Below, piece by piece: positions 57,851 to 64,000 of a stretch of DNA of 64,000 nucleotides. The position numbers and the translations under genes were made by a program. Origin of the DNA: Myxococcota bacterium (GTDB lineage: Bacteria > Myxococcota_A > UBA9160 > UBA6930); the NCBI GenBank assembly GCA_965223415.1, contig OZ245002.1, forward strand, positions 448,001 through 512,000. Reading direction: 5' to 3'. Numbering within the stretch: position 1 is the first letter of the stretch; the number at the start of each line of letters is the position of its first letter. The notes below the pieces were generated by a model that ran no database searches, was not told where the DNA came from, and worked only from the letters and a program-made list of their open reading frames with translations.

Positions 57851-58287
57851 AGCTCGATCACGGACCGGCCGAGCGAATCCGGCGCCTCGAGGTAGGCGAA
57901 GGCCACGGTCTCGGCGAAGCGCTTCTCGAAGACGGACGTGAAGCCGGCTTCCTCCAGCTCGCGGCAACGCGCGCCCAGGTCGGCGACGCGGAAGCGCACA
58001 TGGTGAAGGCCCTCGCCGTGGCGGCGCAGGTGCTCCGCGTGGGGCGCCTCGCCGCCGACCACCTCGATCAGCTCGATCTCGAGGGGGCCCTCGTCGTTCA
58101 CGGCGAGCCGGAGGTGGCAGTCCACGTTCCGGCCGCGGTAGGTGCAGCCCGTGAGCGGGCTGTCGGCCACCCGGAAGGGACCGAACAGCGCCTCGTAGCG
58201 GGGAAGCGAAGCCTCGAGGCTCTCGACCACGTAGGCGACCTGGTCGATGGGGCCGAGGGCGAAGCGGCGGGCGATCTCGCTGGACAC
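57826..58287 (-). CDS. VOC family protein (methylmalonyl-CoA epimerase-like)
   Basis: IDQVAYVV, EIELIE, GEGLHHV; start at GTG 58287, alternatively ATG 58311. Confidence 0.85.
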   Translation of the reverse strand: MSSEIARRFALGPIDQVAYVVESLEASLPRYEALFGPFRVADSPLTGCTYRGRNVDCHLRLAVNDEGPLEIELIEVVGGEAPHAEHLRRHGEGLHHVRFRVADLGARCRELEEAGFTSVFEKRFAETVAFAYLEAPDSLGRSVIELLEMPGGS

Positions 58288-58309
58288 GTGGCGTAGTGTA
58301 GGCTGGTTC

Positions 58310-59908
58310 ATGGTCTGCTTCTCGCGAACCTGCGGCACGGTCCTCCTTCTCCTCCTCCTGCTCGCGAGCGCGTCCGGCGCCGCGCCCCGGGTGGTGCTGG
58401 TCGGCCTCGACGGCGCCTCCTGGTCGGTGATCGACCCGCTCGTCGCCGCCGGGCGCATGCCGCGGCTCCAGGCGCTCCTGGAGCGCGGCGTCCACGCGGA
58501 GCTCGCGACGGTCGAGCCGGTGATCTCGCCGGTCGTGTGGTCCTCGGTCGCGACCGGCCGGGTGCCCGAGGCCCACGGGATCGGGGACTTCTACGGCGAT
58601 GCGCGCTCGCTCCGGGTGCCGACGATCTTCGAGCGAGCGGCGGTGCAGGGGCTGCGGGTCGGGCTCTTCGAGTGGCTCGTCTCCTGGCCGGCGCAGGAGC
58701 TGCCCGGCGGCTTCGTCGCACCGGCCTGGCTGCGGCGGGACGGCGCGACCGCGCCCGCGGACCTGTTCGGCCGCGCGGGGATTCCGCGCTACGCCTACTC
58801 CAACCAGGGGCTGCGCAGCCGCGGCGACTTCTTCGAGTCGTCCTTCGCCGAGCTGCGCGAGAAGCCGGCCACCTGGAACGCCCTGGCCCGGAGCTTCGAC
58901 CTGGATGTCGGAGCCGTCACCTTCTACGCCCTCGACGCCCTCTCCCACCGCTTCTGGGCCGACTCCTTTCCCGAGGGCTTCGACCCGGCCGACCTGGCGG
59001 GCCGGGGCCTCGAAGCCGAGTTCCGCCAGGCCGTCCAGCGGGGCTACGAGGGGGTGGACCGCGCGCTCGGCGAGCTGGTGGACGCGCTGCCCGTGGAGAC
59101 CGCGCTGCTCATCGCCTCGGACCACGGCTTCCAGGCCCACGACTCGTTCCAGCGGCGCTGGTCCTTCGACCTCGAGGAAGACCTGGGACGCGCCGGGCTG
59201 GTGGCCGGGAGCGAGGCCTTCCGCATCGAGAGCCAGTTCGGCTTCCCGGTGCTGCGTGTGCTCCCCGGCCCCTTCGACGAACGCGAGCCGGTGCTCGAGC
59301 GACTGCACGCCTTCTTCTCGGAGGCGCGAAACGCCGAGGGCGCGCCGCTCTTCGACGTCGTCGTGCTCGACCGGGTGGAGCGCCCGGCGGGCCACGAGCG
59401 CGGCCTCCTCGAGCGGCTTCGCCAGTGGGCCTACGAGACCGCCGCCCGCTGGCTGTTTTCGATCGACTTCGACGCACCCGCCCACGCCGTGCTAATCCTC
59501 CTCCCGGAGGGCGACGCCCTGGAGGCCGCCTGGCCGGACGGAGAGGTGACCCTCGGTGGGAAGACCCGACCCGCCCGCGAGCTCGTCTACGGCGACGGCT
59601 TCACTGGCGACCACCATCCGACCGCCGTGTTCGTCGCCGCCGGCGGCCCGATCCGCGCTCTCCCGGAGCGCCAGCAGCTCCGCGTCCTCGACATCGCCCC
59701 CCTCTACCTCCACCTCGCTGGTGCCGCCGTCCCCGACGACCTCGACGGCGAGCTGCCCACCCACTTCCTCGACGAAGCCTGGAGCAGCACACACCCGCTC
59801 CGAACCGTCCCCGCCGCCAGCCTGGAACGCCTCCCCCCACCCAAGGGCCCCGACCACGAAGACGCCCTCCTCCGCGACCGCCTCCGAGCCATGGGCTACA
59901 TCGACTAG
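58310..59908 (+). CDS. Alkaline phosphatase superfamily protein
   Basis: Signal peptide, VGLDGASW, SPVVWSSVATG, SDHGF, RLRAMGYID. Confidence 0.85.
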   Translation: MVCFSRTCGTVLLLLLLLASASGAAPRVVLVGLDGASWSVIDPLVAAGRMPRLQALLERGVHAELATVEPVISPVVWSSVATGRVPEAHGIGDFYGDARSLRVPTIFERAAVQGLRVGLFEWLVSWPAQELPGGFVAPAWLRRDGATAPADLFGRAGIPRYAYSNQGLRSRGDFFESSFAELREKPATWNALARSFDLDVGAVTFYALDALSHRFWADSFPEGFDPADLAGRGLEAEFRQAVQRGYEGVDRALGELVDALPVETALLIASDHGFQAHDSFQRRWSFDLEEDLGRAGLVAGSEAFRIESQFGFPVLRVLPGPFDEREPVLERLHAFFSEARNAEGAPLFDVVVLDRVERPAGHERGLLERLRQWAYETAARWLFSIDFDAPAHAVLILLPEGDALEAAWPDGEVTLGGKTRPARELVYGDGFTGDHHPTAVFVAAGGPIRALPERQQLRVLDIAPLYLHLAGAAVPDDLDGELPTHFLDEAWSSTHPLRTVPAASLERLPPPKGPDHEDALLRDRLRAMGYID

Positions 59909-59947
59909 ATGTTAAGTTAGGGGCCGGTTCCGTTTGTTAAGTTGTCG
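59908..59947. repeat. 40-bp dispersed repeat, family C, copy 1
   Basis: 34/40 identical to 63872..63911. Confidence 0.8.
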
Positions 59948-60359
59948 CTTCGGGGTGGCCCGCGGCGCGGAGGGCAGCGCGGAGCTTCTCGGCGGCGGCG
60001 TCCATGGCTGCCGGGTCGGGGCTCTGATCTGCCCGGGCGAAGTCGAGATCGTGCAGGCCATCGATGGGCACGACGTGCAGGTGGACGTGAGGGACCTCGA
60101 GGCCGGCGATCATCAGGCCGACCTTCGTCGGAGCGAAGGCCTCCTGGACGGCCTTGCCGATGCTCTGGGCGACGGCGGTGAGATGGCTCGTCAGGTCCGG
60201 ATCGCAGTCGAGCCAGTGGTCGATCTCCTCGACGGGCACGACCAGGGTGTGCCCAGGCCGCAGCGGCGCGATCGTCAGGAAGGCGACGGCCCGCTCGTCC
60301 CGCCACACGAAGCGGCCGGGCAGCTCGCCCTGGATGATGCGGGTGAAGATCGACGGCAC
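59937..60359 (-). CDS. HIT family protein
   Basis: SIFTRIIQGELP, PGHTLVVP, VPHVHLHVVP; SD AAGGAG. Confidence 0.92.
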   Translation of the reverse strand: MPSIFTRIIQGELPGRFVWRDERAVAFLTIAPLRPGHTLVVPVEEIDHWLDCDPDLTSHLTAVAQSIGKAVQEAFAPTKVGLMIAGLEVPHVHLHVVPIDGLHDLDFARADQSPDPAAMDAAAEKLRAALRAAGHPEATT

Positions 60360-60389
60360 GTGGGCTCCTTTCGGGGTTATCCTCCGCCC

Positions 60390-60785
60390 ATGGTACAAGC
60401 CCTGCGCGTCTTCGTAGCCTTCACCGCGATCCTCCTCGGCTGCGGGGCGGCCGCCGAGGGCTACCCGGAGGTCGCGCCCGGCGAGATCGAGGCGGTCCTC
60501 GCCGGCGACGACGCACCGCTGCTCCTCGACGTCCGCTCGGCGGAGGAGTTCGGCGGCGGGCACGTGCCCGGCGCCCTGCTGATCCCGATCCAGGAGCTCC
60601 CGGATCGTCTCGCCGAGCTGGCGGCCTTCAAGCAGCGAGGCATCGTGACCTACTGCGAGAGCGGCCGGCGCGCGACGAAGGCACTGCAGATCCTGGAGGA
60701 GGCCGGCTTCGAGAACCTGCGCCTCCTCGCCGGCAGCATGAAGCGCTGGCGCGAAGAGGGCCGGGAGGCGGCGACGCCCGACTAG
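60390..60785 (+). CDS. Exported rhodanese-like protein
   Basis: Signal/lipobox LLGC, LDVRSAEEF, GHVPGA, YCESGRR. Confidence 0.9.
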   Translation: MVQALRVFVAFTAILLGCGAAAEGYPEVAPGEIEAVLAGDDAPLLLDVRSAEEFGGGHVPGALLIPIQELPDRLAELAAFKQRGIVTYCESGRRATKALQILEEAGFENLRLLAGSMKRWREEGREAATPD

Positions 60786-61747
60786 CGAGCGAGTGCCTGC
60801 GCCATCCGCTCGAGCTCGCCGTCCACGTCCGGCCCCATGGGCCAGTAGACGAGTTCGGCGACACCCTGCCCCTCCATCTCGCGCGCCTTCTCCCGCAGCT
60901 GCTCCGCCGTACCGGTGAAGAGCACGCCCCCGAGCTCGGGGGCCACGTTCCGGCGATCCCGCTCGGTCATCTCCACCAGGTGGCCCTCGTGGACGTAGAG
61001 GTGCCGCGACGCCTCGGGGAAGCGCTCCACCGCCTCGCGCCAACCCTTGCCGCCGGGAAGGGCGTCGACCCCCTCTCCCGCCGCCTCGTAGGTACCGTGA
61101 TAGGTGACCGCGATGCCGGGCCCGATCGCCTCGAGCACCCGCGGCGTGTCGAGGGACTCGCCCTCTCCGAGCACGGTGCCCATCGTGAGCATGGCGGCGT
61201 CGCTCGCTCCCTCCGGCAGCACGCCGGCGCACACCAGCCCGCAGCCGAGCTCGCGGGCGATCCGGAGCCCCTTCGGCCCGTTCGCCGCCACGAGGATCGG
61301 CGTCGCAAGCGGCAATGGGGCGGACACTCCGGCCGGGTGCATCAGCTTCGCGATCCGCCCCCCGACCTCCACCTCCTCTCCCTGGAGGAGCCCGCGCAGC
61401 TGCCGCACGTAGGTCTCCATCGTCTTCCAGGAGAGGGCCTTCTGGCCGAACATGCGCCGCCCTGTGAAGCCGGTCCCCAGCGCCACCCGAAGGCGCCCGG
61501 GCGCGATCGCCTCCAGGTGCGCGATGGCCGCGGCCGTCACCGCCACGTGTCGCAGGCTCGGGATCAGCACACTCGTGCCGAGCCCCACGCGCTCGGTAGC
61601 GCGGGCGGCCTCGGCCAGCGCGATCCACACGTCGCCGTACAGGGCCGGGGAGTCGGGGAACCACACCCGTTCGTAGCCGAGCGCCTCGGCGCGGCGCGCT
61701 CGCGGAGCGGCCTGGGGATCGGGGATCAGGGCGCAGGAGAGTCGCAT
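60782..61747 (-). CDS. LLM-class flavin-dependent oxidoreductase
   Basis: [34 protein letters not shown]. Confidence 0.88.
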   Translation of the reverse strand: MRLSCALIPDPQAAPRARRAEALGYERVWFPDSPALYGDVWIALAEAARATERVGLGTSVLIPSLRHVAVTAAAIAHLEAIAPGRLRVALGTGFTGRRMFGQKALSWKTMETYVRQLRGLLQGEEVEVGGRIAKLMHPAGVSAPLPLATPILVAANGPKGLRIARELGCGLVCAGVLPEGASDAAMLTMGTVLGEGESLDTPRVLEAIGPGIAVTYHGTYEAAGEGVDALPGGKGWREAVERFPEASRHLYVHEGHLVEMTERDRRNVAPELGGVLFTGTAEQLREKAREMEGQGVAELVYWPMGPDVDGELERMAQALAR

Positions 61748-61821
61748 GGCGGCAGCATACGCCATCGGCCGCTATCGTCCGCTCCCGCAACGCAGCCATC
61801 GCAGCACGAGGAGACACCCCC

Positions 61822-63015
61822 ATGGGTCGCAAGGCATTCGTCGTCGGTGTGGGCATGACCAAGTTCGAGAAGCCGGGCTCCCGGGAATGGGACTACCCGG
61901 ACATGGGCCGCGAGGCGGGCGAGAAGGCCCTGGCCGACGCGGGCCTCTCCATCGACGACATCGAGCAGGCAGCGGTGGGCTACTGCGCCGGCGATTCCAC
62001 CTGCGGCCAGCGCGCCTTCTACGAGCTCGGGACCACGGGCATCCCGATCTACAACGTGAACAACAACTGCTCCACGGGCTCGACCGCGCTGTTCATGGCC
62101 AAGCAGTTCGTCGAGGGCGGCCTGGCGGAGTGCGCGATGGCGCTGGGCTTCGAGAAGATGGAGAAGGGCTCCCTGGGCATCAAGTACACGGACCGCACCA
62201 CGCCCATGGACAAGCACTTCAAGCTGATGATCGAGGAGCGCGGCTTCGATGCGAAGGCTCCGGGCGCGCCGCAGATGTTCGGCAACGCGGGTCTCGAGCA
62301 CATGGAGCGCTACGGCACCACCGCCGAGCAGCTCGCCAAGATCGGCTGGAAGAACCACAAGCACTCGGTGAACAACCCCTACTCCCAGTTCCGCGACGAG
62401 TACACCCTCGAGGAGATCCTGGAGTCGCCCACGATCTACGGTCCCCTCACCAAGCTGCAGTGCTGCCCCACCTCCGACGGCGGCGGAGCAGCGGTCGTGG
62501 CCAGCGAGGCGTTCGTCCGCGAGCACGGCCTCGAGGCCCAGGCGGTGGAGATTCTCGGCCAGGCGATGGCGACGGATTTCGCCAGCACCTTCACCGAGAA
62601 GTCGATGATCAAGATGGTCGGCTCGGACCTCACGAAGCGCGCTGCCCAACAGGTCTACGAGCAGAGCGGCCTCGGCCCGGAGGACGTGGACGTGGTCGAG
62701 CTGCACGATTGCTTCAGCGCCAACGAACTGATCACCTACGAGGCCCTCGGCCTCTGCCCCGAAGGCCAGGGCGGGAAGTTCGTCGACGAGGGCGCCCAGA
62801 CCTACGGCGGCCAGGTCGTGGTGAACCCCTCCGGCGGCCTGATCTCGAAGGGCCATCCCCTCGGCGCCACCGGGCTCGCCCAGTGCGCCGAGCTCTGCTG
62901 GCAGCTCCGCGGCGAGGCCGAGGCCCGGCAGGTGGAGGGCGCCAGGGTCGCCCTCCAGCACAACCTCGGGCTCGGCGGCGCGGCCGTCGTCGGCATCTAC
63001 CGCAAGATGCAGTAG
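61822..63015 (+). CDS. SCP-x type thiolase / lipid-transfer protein
   Basis: [34 protein letters not shown]. Confidence 0.92.
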   Translation: MGRKAFVVGVGMTKFEKPGSREWDYPDMGREAGEKALADAGLSIDDIEQAAVGYCAGDSTCGQRAFYELGTTGIPIYNVNNNCSTGSTALFMAKQFVEGGLAECAMALGFEKMEKGSLGIKYTDRTTPMDKHFKLMIEERGFDAKAPGAPQMFGNAGLEHMERYGTTAEQLAKIGWKNHKHSVNNPYSQFRDEYTLEEILESPTIYGPLTKLQCCPTSDGGGAAVVASEAFVREHGLEAQAVEILGQAMATDFASTFTEKSMIKMVGSDLTKRAAQQVYEQSGLGPEDVDVVELHDCFSANELITYEALGLCPEGQGGKFVDEGAQTYGGQVVVNPSGGLISKGHPLGATGLAQCAELCWQLRGEAEARQVEGARVALQHNLGLGGAAVVGIYRKMQ

Positions 63016-63024
63016 GGCGGCGCC

Positions 63025-63873
63025 GTGCAGCGCTGGAAGATCGGCGACGTGACGATCAGCAAGATCGTGGAGGAAGAGGTCCCGGGAGAGCCGACCTGGA
63101 TCCTCCCGGACGCCACGCGCGAGCGGCTCGCAGCCGTCCCCTGGCTGAAGCCCCACTTCGTGACCACGGACGACGACGCGATCCTGAGCGTGCACGCCCT
63201 GGTGGTCGAATCCGAGGGACGTCGCATCCTCGTCGACACCTGCATCGGCAACGACAAGGAGCGGGCGATCCCGGGCTGGTCCATGCGGCAGGGCCCGTTC
63301 CTCGACGACCTCTCGGGGGCCGGCTTCCCGACCGATTCGATCGACACGGTGCTCTGCACGCACCTGCACGTGGACCACGTCGGCTGGAACACCCGCCTCG
63401 AGAACGGCCGCTGGGTGCCCACCTTCGCGAACGCCCGCTACCTGTGGAACCGCACCGAGGTCGAGCACTGGCAGGCGAACCCGGACACCCACTTCGGCGA
63501 CGTGCTCGGCGACTCGATCCAGCCGGTCCTCGACGCCGGTCGGGTCGACTTCGTCGGGACGGACCACCGCGTCACCTCGGAGGTCGTGCTCGAACCGACG
63601 CCGGGCCACACGCCCGGCCACGTGAGCGTCCACGTCACCTCCCGGGGCGAGGAGGCGGTGATCACCGGCGACCTGATGCACCACCCCGTCCAGTGCGCCC
63701 ACCCGGAATGGGGCTCGAGCGCCGACGTCGACCCCGTCGCTGCGCTCGCCACCCGCCGCGCCTTCCTCGAGCGCTACGCCGACCGCCCTGTCCTCATCCT
63801 CGGCACCCACTTTGCGGGCCCGACCGCCGGCCAGATCGTCCGCGACGGCGACGCCTACCGCCTGGACGTCTGA
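63025..63873 (+). CDS. Metallo-beta-lactamase fold hydrolase
   Basis: THLHVDHVG, PGHTPGH, TGDLMH. Confidence 0.92.
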   Translation: MQRWKIGDVTISKIVEEEVPGEPTWILPDATRERLAAVPWLKPHFVTTDDDAILSVHALVVESEGRRILVDTCIGNDKERAIPGWSMRQGPFLDDLSGAGFPTDSIDTVLCTHLHVDHVGWNTRLENGRWVPTFANARYLWNRTEVEHWQANPDTHFGDVLGDSIQPVLDAGRVDFVGTDHRVTSEVVLEPTPGHTPGHVSVHVTSRGEEAVITGDLMHHPVQCAHPEWGSSADVDPVAALATRRAFLERYADRPVLILGTHFAGPTAGQIVRDGDAYRLDV

Positions 63874-63911
63874 TGTTGCGTAGGGGGCCGGTTCCGTTTG
63901 TTGCGTTGTCG
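63872..63911. repeat. 40-bp dispersed repeat, family C, copy 2
   Basis: 34/40 identical to 59908..59947. Confidence 0.8.
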
Positions 63912-63919
63912 GAGGGGCC

Positions 63920-64000
63920 GTGGAGTACCTGAGCGTCGAGGAGGCTCGGGAGAAGCCCGGGCTGCGGTTGGTGCTGACGGCGGGGGTGCCCGGGCCGTGG
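63920..64000 (+). CDS. Partial gene, possibly glutathione S-transferase-like N-terminus
   Basis: SD GGAGG then GTG: VEYLSVEEAREKPGLRLVLTAGVPGPW, truncated by the window edge. Confidence 0.5.
   Translation, partial: MEYLSVEEAREKPGLRLVLTAGVPGPW

Overview
Very GC-rich bacterial chromosomal window. Gene content (Dif-like chemosensory cluster, mreBCD-mrdA-rodA, hrcA-grpE-dnaK-dnaJ) suggests Myxococcota or a related deltaproteobacterial lineage; this is inference. Bases 1-38.9 kb are mostly core genes: elongasome, ppiD, an alternative sigma70, folE, lexA, groESL with a CIRCE, larBC, a Dif-type che cluster, thiL, lon, an LpoA-like lipoprotein, the dnaK locus, hemW, an M16 peptidase, ggt, a cyclophilin and tRNA-Phe. 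After the tRNA come accessory genes, including an intact IS630, two frameshifted genes, a GGDEF protein, pgm and several hydrolases and oxidoreductases. The main observations are: (1) a stand-alone 70-aa archaeal-type (HMf-like) histone-fold gene with its own promoter and SD; (2) cheA split at an A_AAA_AAA slippery site, a candidate programmed -1 frameshift giving a free Hpt protein plus full-length CheA; (3) about 12 apparently leaderless genes with a TANNNT box 6-7 nt before the start codon; (4) three families of REP/REPIN-like repeats placed exactly at stop codons; (5) a candidate new LexA operator and a roughly 400-nt structured sigma-factor leader. All calls are by eye from motifs; no database searches were run.
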